Shown here piece by piece: positions 1-9,280 of a stretch of 64,000 bases of DNA. The first letter of the stretch is position 1. Each line of letters opens with the position of its first letter. The position numbers were made by a program, and so were the translations under genes. Source of the DNA: an uncultured Bacteroidaceae bacterium (lineage in GTDB: Bacteria; Bacteroidota; Bacteroidia; Bacteroidales; GCA-2748055); the NCBI GenBank assembly GCA_964528675.1, contig CAZGTU010000006.1, positions 29,424 through 93,423 of the forward strand, read 5' to 3'. Under the pieces are notes generated by a model. That model worked only from the letters and a program-made list of their open reading frames with translations. It was not told the origin of the DNA and made no database searches.

Positions 1-378
1 GTAGGCGTAATTGCTGCCATATATTTCTATAACCTTGGGCAGGACGAACTTTTGAGAGTGAAGCCCGAATATGAAATCACGGCTGAGGAACTTTATTATG
101 AATTTTCGGAGAATGAGGAAACCGCAAATGAAAAATACATTAATAAAGTGATCCAGGTTACCGGCATACTTGAAAATAAAGAGCTTACATCAGAAGGTTA
201 TTTAAACTTGGTTTTAAAGACTTCTGATGCTTCCGGATCAGTGATTTGCAGTTTTGAAGATTCTGATAAACAGGAACTCAATGCTCTCGATGAAGGAAAT
301 GAAATTACCATTCGGGGAATATGTGCCATGAAGCAAATGGATGTGGTCTTAAATAATTGTGTACTAATAAAACCCTAA
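1..378 (+). CDS. OB-fold protein, tRNA_anti-like family, N-terminally membrane anchored (5' truncated by window edge)
   Basis: Frame is open from base 1 (VGVIAAIYFYNLGQD..., tail of a TM segment). Motifs 'ELYYEFSENEETANEKYINKVIQVTG' and 'ITIRGIC...VVLNNC' are typical of this family. Confidence 0.7.
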   Translation, partial: VGVIAAIYFYNLGQDELLRVKPEYEITAEELYYEFSENEETANEKYINKVIQVTGILENKELTSEGYLNLVLKTSDASGSVICSFEDSDKQELNALDEGNEITIRGICAMKQMDVVLNNCVLIKP

Positions 379-399
379 CGTGGACGAGCCACAACTAAA

Positions 400-536
400 C
401 AAATAACAAATAAATTTCAATCAACAAATGACCAAACAGGTTTTTCATTCTGCAAAGCGAGTAAGACTATGTAAAAGAAATTTAAGTAACTTGTTTCGTT
501 TTTGAAATTTTGCTATTGTAAATTATTTGTTTTTTG
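400..536. repeat. Imperfect inverted-repeat element (MITE-like remnant) between the OB-fold paralogs
   Basis: caaataacaaataaatttcaat (400-421) matches the reverse complement of attgtaaattatttgttttttg (515-536) at 19/22 positions. Confidence 0.45.
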
Positions 537-597
537 GAATTTTTGCCAAATAATGCAAGAATATTAGACATTAGGTACTAATTATTAGATATTTTGT

Positions 598-1053
598 ATG
601 TCCGGAAAATCTAAATCTTTATTAATCGTTATTTCTTTATTGATCCTGAGTGTCGCAGTATACCTTTTTATCAATAAACAAAATATGTCAGAGATTGAAC
701 CTGATTATGAGATTCAGGCAACAGATCTATATAGTGAATATTCTGAAAATGAAAGCCTGGCGAATGATAAATACCTGAACAAAATTCTTGAAGTCACCGG
801 TTCCGTTGATGAAGTCAATATAATTTCAGATAATGCACTTGATCCTGTCATTGAAGTAACAGATCCTCATCTGACAATTAAGACCGGGGATCCTGCAGGT
901 TTAGTTTTTTGTACTTTCAAGCAAGAGTTCAGGCTGGACCCGGTTCCTGTAAAAAAAAGTGATGTTATAACAGTTAGAGGAATCTGTAAAGGTTTGGTGC
1001 TTGCAGATGTTCAACTGGATGACTGTATAATAGTAGAATCACCCGGAAAATAA
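598..1053 (+). CDS. OB-fold protein, tRNA_anti-like family (tandem paralog of upstream gene)
   Basis: N-terminal TM helix, then 'PDYEIQATDLYSEYSENESLANDKYLNKILEVTG', which aligns ungapped with the upstream ORF. Ends 'VITVRGIC...VQLDDC'. Confidence 0.75.
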   Translation: MSGKSKSLLIVISLLILSVAVYLFINKQNMSEIEPDYEIQATDLYSEYSENESLANDKYLNKILEVTGSVDEVNIISDNALDPVIEVTDPHLTIKTGDPAGLVFCTFKQEFRLDPVPVKKSDVITVRGICKGLVLADVQLDDCIIVESPGK

Positions 1054-1060
1054 ATAACTA

Positions 1061-2614
1061 TCATAAGGGTGATTTAAAAGGTTCATCTGAATAAACCACA
1101 AGATTATTAACAGAAACTTTTCCTCCCCCGGGATTTTTATGAACCAGTCTGATTTCATGAGCCAGCTTCTCCAATGTATAATTCCAATAAAAATCAGGAG
1201 ACCTGCGGGTAAAATCTGATCTTAACTTTAAGGTTTCAACAAGTACATCATCAAGATAAACTTCGACCTCAGCAACATAGTTATAATAATCATCTCCTTC
1301 TACGTGTCCGCTTAGCACAATGCCGGTGCCGGTAAAATCATAAACAAAATCGGATTCGAGGTCTCCTTCATCACCAAAAGATTCTTTCCTGACCGGAAAT
1401 AATCCTTCAAAAGCCACTTCATATATAACCCTTTGCGGTTCCTGGTAAATTATTTCAATTATTCCTTCTTCTTCATTTAATTCTCCACCATTCAAACTGA
1501 TATTTTCAATTGCTTGCTCATAACTCATCTCGTAGACATCTTTGAGAGAAATGTCTGTATACTTAAAATCAATGTCCTCCACGGGATATAATTTTTCTTT
1601 CCAGAACTCAGGAATATTCTCATATCCGAGTATAGTACCCAGAATCCCGCCGGCAGATGCAGGATTACAATCGGAATCCTGTCCGCATCTGGTGGAAATA
1701 TCAACGGTCTGGTAGAAATCACTGTTTCCGTAAAGCAAGCCAATCACTATATAGGCAGCATTTACTTTCGCATCAATATTAAAGGGGCGCAGCACTCCAT
1801 CCGGACAACCAACATCTTCGCTCCATTTCTTCTCAACCATGAACCATGTTTTCTTCCAGTCGTCCGGATGCTGATAGTAACTTTCAATGGTCTCATTTAT
1901 ACACTGATAAAAGCTGCTTTCCACAGGTATGGTTTTTAAAGCTTCCTTCACGATAAATTCAATATCATCGCTTATAAATGCAAGTGAATACATTGCTCCT
2001 ACATACACACCTCCGTACCAGCCATCTCCATAATTCATGATATGGCCAATTTTGTCAGAAATTTCAGAAGCAGTATTAATCATACCTGGAGACATTATCC
2101 CCGCAAAATCAGCTTCAATCTGGTAGTCAATACAATCGGCATGGGGATTGTTAAGCCAGTGTCCTGATTCAGGAGGCATGATGCCATTCAGAATATTCAC
2201 TCTTGCAGCCTGATTCGCATGCCACAGTGAATAGTCGGCTGTAGCAAAGGCCATGGCAAAAGAATCAGCAGGGGCATCAAGTCCCAAACGGTCAAAAACT
2301 TCAACAAAGGTGAGGTCCATATAAATGTCATCATACAAACCTGGTGCATTTTCATACCACCACTCTACAATTCCAGGCTCCCAGCGAATGGGAGTATAAT
2401 CCTGTATCATAGTGCCATTGAATTTGAACTCCGTAGGTCCTCCGTAAGTCACACCAATTGTCTGGCCTGCCCAGGCTCCCTTAATTTTGTCTTTCAGCTT
2501 TTCCTTATGGATTGTAACCCTCTCTCCATCAATAAACTGTATTCCTATTCCGTTTTTATTTTCACATGAGGCGATGAAGATCAGGATAAGACTAAGAGAA
2601 GCAATTGTTTTCAT
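1061..2614 (-). CDS. ADP-ribosylglycohydrolase-family lipoprotein with C-terminal beta-sandwich
   Basis: Likely start is ATG 2614 (MKTIASL...FIASC lipobox). Motifs 'IKGAWAGQTIGVTYGGPTEF', 'DDIYMD' and 'GQDSDCNPASAGGILG' fit the ARH/DraG fold. Confidence 0.75.
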   Translation of the reverse strand: MKTIASLSLILIFIASCENKNGIGIQFIDGERVTIHKEKLKDKIKGAWAGQTIGVTYGGPTEFKFNGTMIQDYTPIRWEPGIVEWWYENAPGLYDDIYMDLTFVEVFDRLGLDAPADSFAMAFATADYSLWHANQAARVNILNGIMPPESGHWLNNPHADCIDYQIEADFAGIMSPGMINTASEISDKIGHIMNYGDGWYGGVYVGAMYSLAFISDDIEFIVKEALKTIPVESSFYQCINETIESYYQHPDDWKKTWFMVEKKWSEDVGCPDGVLRPFNIDAKVNAAYIVIGLLYGNSDFYQTVDISTRCGQDSDCNPASAGGILGTILGYENIPEFWKEKLYPVEDIDFKYTDISLKDVYEMSYEQAIENISLNGGELNEEEGIIEIIYQEPQRVIYEVAFEGLFPVRKESFGDEGDLESDFVYDFTGTGIVLSGHVEGDDYYNYVAEVEVYLDDVLVETLKLRSDFTRRSPDFYWNYTLEKLAHEIRLVHKNPGGGKVSVNNLVVYSDEPFKSPL

Positions 2615-2754
2615 TCTGAAATTAAGTTTAGTGGATAGTGAATTGAATTTGGATAAAAATAACAAAATAGCTCCATGAAATAAATTCTAGAACACATAAT
2701 GTTTTTAAAAAAGAGGAAATATTTTAATTATTTTCACCGAAAAATCATGCAGGT

Positions 2755-3960
2755 ATGAAAATTGGAATATTACGGGAAACAAAAACTCCGGCTGACAAAC
2801 GTGTTCCTTTAACTCCTCCTCAGTGCAGGGAGTTGAGCGAGAAATACCCGGATATTACAATCAAAGTACAACCTGATGGATACCGGGCATTTACAGATGA
2901 TGAATACAGGGCTGAAAAAATTAAACTTGATAAGGATCTGTCTGATTGTGATCTCCTGATGGGTGTAAAGGAAGTGGATATTTCCACACTGATGGAAAAT
3001 AAAACCTATATGTTTTTCTCACATACAGCAAAAAAACAAAAACACAACCGTGAACTCCTGTCAGCAATTCTTAAAAAAGATATTACCCTTATTGATTATG
3101 AGTATCTTACCAGGGATGAAAAAACAAGAGTAGTGGCCTTTGGGCGATGGGCAGGCATTGTAGGCGCCCATAATGCACTTATCAGCTATGGTAAACGGTA
3201 TCATAAGTTTGAATTGAAGCCGGCATGGCAGTGTAAGGATAAAACCGAAATGTTCGGTGAGGTGAATAAAGTCAACATGGGAAAGATAAAAATTCTGATT
3301 ACGGGTGGAGGAAGAGTAGCCAATGGAGCGATGGAAACTCTTGTTAGTGCAGGAATAAAAAAAGTAAATCCGGATGAATTCCTAACAAAAGAATTTCAGG
3401 AAACTGTATTTACGCAGCTTGATCCCTGGCATTATGTAAAACGGATAGATGGCCAGGAATTTAACCTGGACCATTTTTTTAATTTTCCTGAAGAATATGA
3501 AACTACTTTCTTACCCTATACCCATGTGACAGACATGTTAATTGCCTGCCACTATTGGGATCCGAGGTCTCCGGTATTTATTACAAGAAATGATATGAAG
3601 AGAAAAGATTTCAGAATCCGGATTATTGCGGATGTGAGTTGCGATGTCAATGGTCCTATCCCCTCCACCTTACGAGCTTCCACCATCGAGGATCCGGTAT
3701 ATGGATATGACCCGGTAAAAGAAAAAGAAGCAGATCCATGGGATCACAAAAACATAACAGTAATGGCGGTTGATAATCTGCCCGGAGAACTGCCACGGGA
3801 TGCTTCTGATGATTTTGGCCGTAAGCTCATAGATGAAGTAATGCCATACATTTTAAATATTAAAGAAGGAGACATCATTAGGCAGGCTACAATTGTAAAA
3901 GAAGGCAGATTAACTGATAAATTCAATTATCTGGAGGATTTTGCAGCGGGAAGGGAATAA
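2755..3960 (+). CDS. AlaDh/PNT-family NAD(P)-dependent oxidoreductase, lysine-ketoglutarate reductase / saccharopine dehydrogenase (Lys-forming)-like
   Basis: 'IGILRETKTPADKRVPLTP', 'LLMGVKEV', 'RVVAFGRWAGIVG', 'ITGGGRVANGA', 'IADVSCD', 'AVDNLPGELPRDAS'. Confidence 0.75.
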   Translation: MKIGILRETKTPADKRVPLTPPQCRELSEKYPDITIKVQPDGYRAFTDDEYRAEKIKLDKDLSDCDLLMGVKEVDISTLMENKTYMFFSHTAKKQKHNRELLSAILKKDITLIDYEYLTRDEKTRVVAFGRWAGIVGAHNALISYGKRYHKFELKPAWQCKDKTEMFGEVNKVNMGKIKILITGGGRVANGAMETLVSAGIKKVNPDEFLTKEFQETVFTQLDPWHYVKRIDGQEFNLDHFFNFPEEYETTFLPYTHVTDMLIACHYWDPRSPVFITRNDMKRKDFRIRIIADVSCDVNGPIPSTLRASTIEDPVYGYDPVKEKEADPWDHKNITVMAVDNLPGELPRDASDDFGRKLIDEVMPYILNIKEGDIIRQATIVKEGRLTDKFNYLEDFAAGRE

Positions 3961-3988
3961 GTGAAATTCCAGGGTTATGCTCAAAGCG

Positions 3989-4639
3989 TCAGGATTTTTC
4001 CTTTAATTTCTGTATCATATCAACCGGATCTTTATCCTTGAAGATTGCGCTGCCAACAACGAAAACATCAACGCCGACCTTTGAAAGATCATGAATATTG
4101 GAGATATCGACACCTCCGTCAATCTCAATTAAAGTATGAAGTCCGCGATTGTCTATCATTTTCCTGAGTTTCTTAATTTTTTCTACCGTTTGAGGAATAA
4201 ACTTCTGTCCTCCAAAGCCAGGATTAACCGACATCAACAGGACCATATAAACATCGGGCAGAATATCATCCAGCACACTAACTGGAGTTGCAGGGTTCAA
4301 TGTTACGGAAGCTTTCATGCCCAGATCCTTAATTCTTTGAACAGTGCGGTGCAGGTGGTCACACACCTCATAGTGGACAGTGAGATTATCAGCACCGGCA
4401 TCCCGGAACTCTTCAAGATAACGGTCGGGATCCCTTATCATAAGGTGAGTATCGAGAGGTAGCCTGGAAACACTTTTTATCTGTTTTATGATCGGAAAAC
4501 CAAAAGTGAGGTTCGGAACAAAGTTAGCATCCATTATGTCCAGATGCAGAAAATCTGCTGCTGAAGAATTTACCAATTCAATTTGTTCACCCAGCTTTAA
4601 GAAATTCGAATTTAAAATAGAAGGAGCTATCAGAGCCAT
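3989..4639 (-). CDS. rpe: Ribulose-phosphate 3-epimerase
   Basis: 'IAPSIL', 'HLDIMD..FVPNLTFG', 'DTHLMI', 'LLMSVNPGFGGQKF', 'IEIDGGV'. Confidence 0.97.
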   Translation of the reverse strand: MALIAPSILNSNFLKLGEQIELVNSSAADFLHLDIMDANFVPNLTFGFPIIKQIKSVSRLPLDTHLMIRDPDRYLEEFRDAGADNLTVHYEVCDHLHRTVQRIKDLGMKASVTLNPATPVSVLDDILPDVYMVLLMSVNPGFGGQKFIPQTVEKIKKLRKMIDNRGLHTLIEIDGGVDISNIHDLSKVGVDVFVVGSAIFKDKDPVDMIQKLKEKS

Positions 4640-4695
4640 ATTTTTTTCCCTAAAGATAATAATTCAGGTTTACATCAAAAGTCAATAAAACCCAA

Positions 4696-4802
4696 ATTGA
4701 GCGATTACGCTCAATCGACGAAGAAAAACTAAGCATTTCACATCACCTATTCGGTGAAATGCTATCCCGCAAAGCGGGATCGGGGTTATCCGCCTCAGGC
4801 GG
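4696..4802. repeat. Cluster of four adjacent hairpins (REP-like palindromic unit)
   Basis: attgagcg/cgctcaat (4696-4715), agcatttcac/gtgaaatgct (4732-4763), atcccgc/gcgggat (4764-4780), ccgcc/ggcgg (4790-4802). Confidence 0.7.
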
Positions 4803-4881
4803 TAAGCGCTAGTTCACTTCGTTCGTACCGCTCAACTTAGGTTAAGGTTTTGAATAATCACATAAATCGAAAAGAATGAAA

Positions 4882-5745
4882 TCACCCCAGATAACTTTTC
4901 AGGATACGGCTTCTGGTGGTATGCTTGAGTCTTTTGATGGCTTTCTCCTTTATCTGACGCACCCTTTCACGGGTAAGATTGAACTCCTCTCCTATTTCTT
5001 CCAGTGTATGGGGATGTTTACCGTTTAAGCCAAAATAAAGGCGGATAATACTGGCTTCTCGATAAGTAAGGGTAGAAAGAGCCCGTTCTATCTCTTTTCG
5101 AAGAGATTCATTTAACAATTCCTTATCAGGACTCGGAGTGTCATCATTCAACAAAACATCATACAGATTTCCTTCCTCTCCTTCCTGCAGGGGTGCATCC
5201 ATAGAAACATGACGGCCTGAGGATCTGATTGCATCTTTTATATCGTCAGGTGCCAGCTCCATGGCCTGTGCTATTTCAAGAATGGTTGGTTCCCGCTCAA
5301 AATTCTGTTCAAGTTCGTTAAATGTTTTATTTATTTTATTGATGGAACCAATCTTATTAAGAGGTAATCTGACTATTCTTGCCTGTTCGGCAAGAGCCTG
5401 GAGAATGGATTGCCTTATCCACCAAACCGCATAAGATATAAACTTAAATCCCCGTGTTTCATCAAAACGCTGTGCAGCTTTTATAAGTCCAAGATTTCCT
5501 TCATTAATAAGATCCGGTAAGCTAAGACCCTGATTCTGATATTGTTTGGCAACTGAGACAACAAACCTGAGATTAGCATTAATAAGTTTCTCCAGTGCTA
5601 TTCTGTCATCTTTCTTTATTCGTCTTGCCAGTTCAACTTCTTCTTCAGCGCTAATCAGATCAACCTTTCCAATTTCATGCAAATATTTATCAAGTGAAGG
5701 TGTCTCCCGGTTAGTTACCTGTTTGATGATCTTAAGCTGTCTCAT
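4882..5745 (-). CDS. rpoD: Primary sigma-70 factor, Bacteroidota-type RpoD/SigA (no region 1.1)
   Basis: '[10 protein letters not shown]', '[12 protein letters not shown]', '[34 protein letters not shown]', region 4 '[19 protein letters not shown]'. Confidence 0.93.
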   Translation of the reverse strand: MRQLKIIKQVTNRETPSLDKYLHEIGKVDLISAEEEVELARRIKKDDRIALEKLINANLRFVVSVAKQYQNQGLSLPDLINEGNLGLIKAAQRFDETRGFKFISYAVWWIRQSILQALAEQARIVRLPLNKIGSINKINKTFNELEQNFEREPTILEIAQAMELAPDDIKDAIRSSGRHVSMDAPLQEGEEGNLYDVLLNDDTPSPDKELLNESLRKEIERALSTLTYREASIIRLYFGLNGKHPHTLEEIGEEFNLTRERVRQIKEKAIKRLKHTTRSRILKSYLG

Positions 5746-5954
5746 GGGGCTGGAAGTGTTTAAGTAGTATTTATACGTAAAACAATTAAATCAGTTACTG
5801 GTTTACTCATAAAAAAGATATTCATTTAGCAATTTTTGTAAATATTGGAATAAATATTTTAATTAACAACTCATCCAACTGGAAAACAAAGTATTATTTA
5901 TATTTTTTTTAGAAGATTTTTTAAAAAAAAGTTCTTTATTTTGCGAGAGAAGTT

Positions 5955-5962
5955 TAAATTTG
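5955..5962 (+). promoter_or_regulatory. Candidate Bacteroidota -7 promoter element upstream of rho
   Basis: TAAATTTG matches TAnnTTTG, ~180 nt before the rho ATG. No canonically spaced -33 TTTG found. Confidence 0.4.
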
Positions 5963-6142
5963 TCGGCGGATGTAAGAATTTATAATGATTTATTTGCAGG
6001 AATTAAGTAAATCATTTAATATTGCAAAAGAATCCATTCTCAAAAATTCTAATTTCCCTGATAATCGCTTCTGAAGCTTTTCAGAAAAAATCAAAATAAT
6101 TTTAAGTTTATATAATAGTATTTTATTTATTTCCCAAATTTT

Positions 6143-7840
6143 ATGTACGACATTCTTGAATTAAACAAGAAGCTTCTGGCGGAACTGCGCCAGATTGCTA
6201 AAGACCTGAAGATTAAAAGAGTAGAATCTTACAAAAAACAGGATCTTATTTATAAGATTCTCGATCAGCAAGCCATTGATGCGTCCGGAGCAAAAGCATC
6301 AAAGAAAAGCAAAGCTGACAAGGCACAATCAAAGGCAGAGGACAAAAAACCAACAACAAATGTCCAGAAAACCGGAAAACGCGGCAGACCGAAAAAATCA
6401 GAAGCTGAAACCGAAGTAAAAAAGGAAGCTAAAAATGCCTCTTCAACCGAAAAAGAAGAGCATAAAGAAAAACAGCAAGCTTCTCATCAAAAAGCCGGCC
6501 AGGCAAAGCATTCAGCAAGACCGCAGCAAAAACAACAGGATAAGCGCCAGGAGAAACCACAGGATAAGCGCCAGGAGAAAGGATCAGATCAAAAATATCG
6601 GCAGGAAGGCAGAAGAGATCATAGACATGAAAATAATGGCGACCGCCGCTATCACCAGGATAAAAATAATTTCAGACGGCAGCAGCACGATCGGGGAAGG
6701 CAAAATGACAAATATGATTTCGAAGGACTTATCAGCAATTCCGGTGTGCTGGAAATTATGCCTGATGGATATGGTTTCCTGAGGTCTGCTGATTTTAATT
6801 ATCTCAACTCACCTGATGATATTTATGTTTCTCAATCCCAGATTAAATTATTTGGATTGAAAACCGGGGATACCATTAAAGGTACCATCCGGCCTCCGAA
6901 AGAGGGAGAAAAATATTTTCCCCTTATCAAAGTGGAAGAAATCAACGGCAGATCTCCTGATTTTATTAGAGACAGGGTACCATTCGACTATCTTACCCCT
7001 CTTTTCCCGGAACAAAAATTCACACTTGTAGGTAAAGGTCATACTAATCTTTCCGTGCGGATTGTAGACATGTTCTCCCCTATCGGAAAAGGTCAGCGTG
7101 GATTAATCGTTGCACAACCGAAAACCGGAAAGACAATTCTCCTGCAAAACATTGCCAATGCAATTGCAGCCAATCATCCTGAAGTTTATATGATTATCCT
7201 TCTTATAGACGAACGGCCCGAGGAAGTAACTGATATGGCAAGAAATGTAAATGCCGAAGTGATCTCATCCACCTTTGATGAACCTGCTGAGCGCCATGTA
7301 AGGATCGCCAACATTGTTCTTGAAAAAGCCAAAAGAATGGTGGAATGCGGACATGACGTTGTTGTTTTACTCGATTCTATCACTCGCCTTGCAAGAGCTT
7401 TCAATACAGTTTCACCTGCATCCGGTAAAGTACTCTCCGGAGGAGTTGATGCCAATGCTCTTCACAAACCCAAAAGATTTTTCGGAGCTGCAAGAAATAT
7501 AGAAAACGGCGGCTCTATGACCATTATAGCCACTGCACTTACAGAAACCGGTTCCAAAATGGATGATGTGATCTTTGAAGAATTTAAAGGTACCGGTAAT
7601 ATGGAACTCCAGCTCGACAGGAAATTATCCAACAAACGGGTATGGCCTGCTGTGGATATCAATGCATCAAGTACACGACGGGAAGACCTCCTGCTTGATA
7701 AGGAGATGATGAACAAACTCTGGATATTGAGAAATTACCTGGGCGATATGAACTCCGTAGAGGCTATGGAATTCTTGCGTGACCGCATGAGTAAAACAGA
7801 TACCAATGAGGAATTCCTGATCTCAATGAACGCAGAATAA
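6143..7840 (+). CDS. rho: Transcription termination factor Rho with long low-complexity N-terminal insertion
   Basis: Rho_N '[12 protein letters not shown]...[11 protein letters not shown]'; RNA-binding '[15 protein letters not shown]'; '[19 protein letters not shown]', '[13 protein letters not shown]', '[14 protein letters not shown]'. Confidence 0.98.
   Translation: MYDILELNKKLLAELRQIAKDLKIKRVESYKKQDLIYKILDQQAIDASGAKASKKSKADKAQSKAEDKKPTTNVQKTGKRGRPKKSEAETEVKKEAKNASSTEKEEHKEKQQASHQKAGQAKHSARPQQKQQDKRQEKPQDKRQEKGSDQKYRQEGRRDHRHENNGDRRYHQDKNNFRRQQHDRGRQNDKYDFEGLISNSGVLEIMPDGYGFLRSADFNYLNSPDDIYVSQSQIKLFGLKTGDTIKGTIRPPKEGEKYFPLIKVEEINGRSPDFIRDRVPFDYLTPLFPEQKFTLVGKGHTNLSVRIVDMFSPIGKGQRGLIVAQPKTGKTILLQNIANAIAANHPEVYMIILLIDERPEEVTDMARNVNAEVISSTFDEPAERHVRIANIVLEKAKRMVECGHDVVVLLDSITRLARAFNTVSPASGKVLSGGVDANALHKPKRFFGAARNIENGGSMTIIATALTETGSKMDDVIFEEFKGTGNMELQLDRKLSNKRVWPAVDINASSTRREDLLLDKEMMNKLWILRNYLGDMNSVEAMEFLRDRMSKTDTNEEFLISMNAE
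6535..6580 (+). repeat. 22-nt direct repeat (24-nt period) inside the Rho insertion, QDKRQEK x2
   Basis: acaggataagcgccaggagaaa at 6535-6556 and 6559-6580. Confidence 0.85.
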
Positions 7841-7876
7841 ACTGCAGTGGGAAAAATATAGTCCTGAAATTTGATT

Positions 7877-7975
7877 AGTGTCTGTCCATAATGTCCGATA
7901 TCTGCGTTGATCTCGAACATTCTGTTCCGATAGCTATTGGAACAGACACTCGACTTTATTGACAGACTCTAATTA
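7877..7975. mobile_element. Dispersed MITE/REP-like element, copy A
   Basis: 24 nt (agtgtctgtccataatgtccgata) identical to 59571-59594. Central near-palindrome tctgttccgatagctattggaacaga. Ends gacagact-ctaatta like copy B. Confidence 0.7.
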
Positions 7976-8012
7976 GCCGTCTCATTTCATGTATTGAGGC
8001 GGCTTTTTTTTT
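7975..8012 (+). terminator. Intrinsic terminator downstream of rho
   Basis: Stem agccgtctca / tgaggcggct (one G-U pair), 10-nt loop, followed by a T9 run. Confidence 0.6.
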
Positions 8013-8073
8013 CCATCGGGCAGACCTATTTGTAAAGATCTTATTATATTTATAAGCAAAACCAAAATCCTCT

Positions 8074-9009
8074 ATGACCTCCAGAAGAAATTTTATCAAA
8101 ACAGGTAGCTTACTGGCAGCCACAGGAATGCTTTCCAGTTGCAGTCCAGTTAATGAAAAAAAAGAAAAAGAAAAGGCGAATTTCTCTTTTTGTCTGAACA
8201 CAAGCACAATAAGAGGACAGGAGCCAGGCTTAAAAGGCTATATTGAAATTGCAGCAGAAGCAGGGTATGATGGAGTTGAGCTCTGGGTAAGGGATGTGAA
8301 AAAACATATAATTGACGAAGGAAATCCTGCTTCCGATCTGAAAAAATTTATAGAAGATCATGGCTTAAAAGTCGAAAATGCCATTGGGTTTGCTCCCTGG
8401 CTTATGGAAGATACTCGGGAAGGTAAAGGTTTTGATCTTATGAGAGAAGAAATGAAGCTGATGGCCTCCATCGGATGCCTGAGAATTGCTGCAGCACCCG
8501 GAGGCGTTCCGGCTGGTGAGCCACTCGATCTGTTTATTGCAGGAAGACGTTACCGTGATCTCATTGAAATGGGAAAAAATATCGGTATTATGCCCCAATT
8601 GGAATTCTGGGGAGCTTCACCGGTGCTTTATCATTTTGCACAGATCATGATGATTGCCGCAGCAGCAAATCATCCTGATGTACATCTTCTTCCTGATGTA
8701 TACCATCTTTTTCGGGGCGGCTCCGGTTTTGAAGGCTTAAAAATGCTTTCCGGCAATGTCATTGAGATATTTCACATGAATGATTTTGTAGATACTATTC
8801 CCAGGGAACAGCAGCAGGATAAAGATCGCGTTTACCCGGGTGATGGTGTTGCTCCCCTGGAAGAAATACTGACAGATCTATCCCGGGCGGGAGGAAAAAA
8901 AGTCCTTTCGGTGGAATTATTCAACCCCGAGTACTGGAAACAGGATGCATTGCTGGTTGCGAGGACAGCATTGGAGAAAATGAAGGAGCTTGTTGGGAGG
9001 GTGAGTTAG
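8074..9009 (+). CDS. Tat-exported sugar phosphate isomerase/epimerase-family TIM barrel (AP_endonuc_2)
   Basis: Twin-arginine 'SRRNFIK'; 'AAEAGYDGVELW'; metal ligands E (LEFWG), DxxH (PDVYH), HxxD (FHMND), E (SVELF). Confidence 0.85.
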   Translation: MTSRRNFIKTGSLLAATGMLSSCSPVNEKKEKEKANFSFCLNTSTIRGQEPGLKGYIEIAAEAGYDGVELWVRDVKKHIIDEGNPASDLKKFIEDHGLKVENAIGFAPWLMEDTREGKGFDLMREEMKLMASIGCLRIAAAPGGVPAGEPLDLFIAGRRYRDLIEMGKNIGIMPQLEFWGASPVLYHFAQIMMIAAAANHPDVHLLPDVYHLFRGGSGFEGLKMLSGNVIEIFHMNDFVDTIPREQQQDKDRVYPGDGVAPLEEILTDLSRAGGKKVLSVELFNPEYWKQDALLVARTALEKMKELVGRVS

Positions 9010-9111
9010 ACGATGGACGATGGAGGGGGGAGTGATGAGTTGGACCATGGACCATAGACCATAGACCATGGATGATGGATGATGAGTGGTAAACGGTAAA
9101 CGGTAAGCGGT
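9009..9111. repeat. Drifting heptamer tandem array
   Basis: GACGATG x2 (9009-9022); from 9043 GACCATG, GACCATA, GACCATA, GACCATG, GATGATG, GATGATG; then GGTAAAC, GGTAAAC, GGTAAGC (9088-9108). Confidence 0.75.
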
Positions 9112-9151
9112 GGGGGGACCATCAGCCTGAAGATTATCTTTGGTTTTGGAT

Positions 9152-9178
9152 GTAGAGACGACCTATATGGGCGTCTCC
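9152..9178. repeat. GTAG-type REP
   Basis: gtagagacg-acctatatggg-cgtctcc: GTAG followed by a gagacg/cgtctc stem, the layout of GTAG-family REPs. Confidence 0.55.
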
Positions 9179-9200
9179 GTCAGAAAGGGGATAGACCATG

Positions 9201-9280
9201 CCTGCCCGCCGACGCGAAAGCAAGCGCAATGGCAGGCGGGCCTGCCCGCCAACCCTAAGGCCAGAGCGTCGGCAGGCGGG
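9201..9280. repeat. GC-rich REP-like doublet (CCTGCCCGCC...GGCAGGCGGG x2)
   Basis: cctgcccgcc at 9201 and 9241; ggcaggcggg at 9231 and 9271. Outer arms 9201-9215 and 9266-9280 are complementary at 13/15. Confidence 0.7.

Noticed and set aside
400-536. Invertible promoter (phase-variable switch)
   Set aside because: The inverted repeats are imperfect (19/22) and AT-rich, and no recombinase is in the window; active invertons normally have perfect IRs.
7956-8207. 83-aa antisense ORF overlapping the TIM-barrel gene start
   Set aside because: Overlaps a well-supported Tat protein, a terminator and a repeat; no motif.
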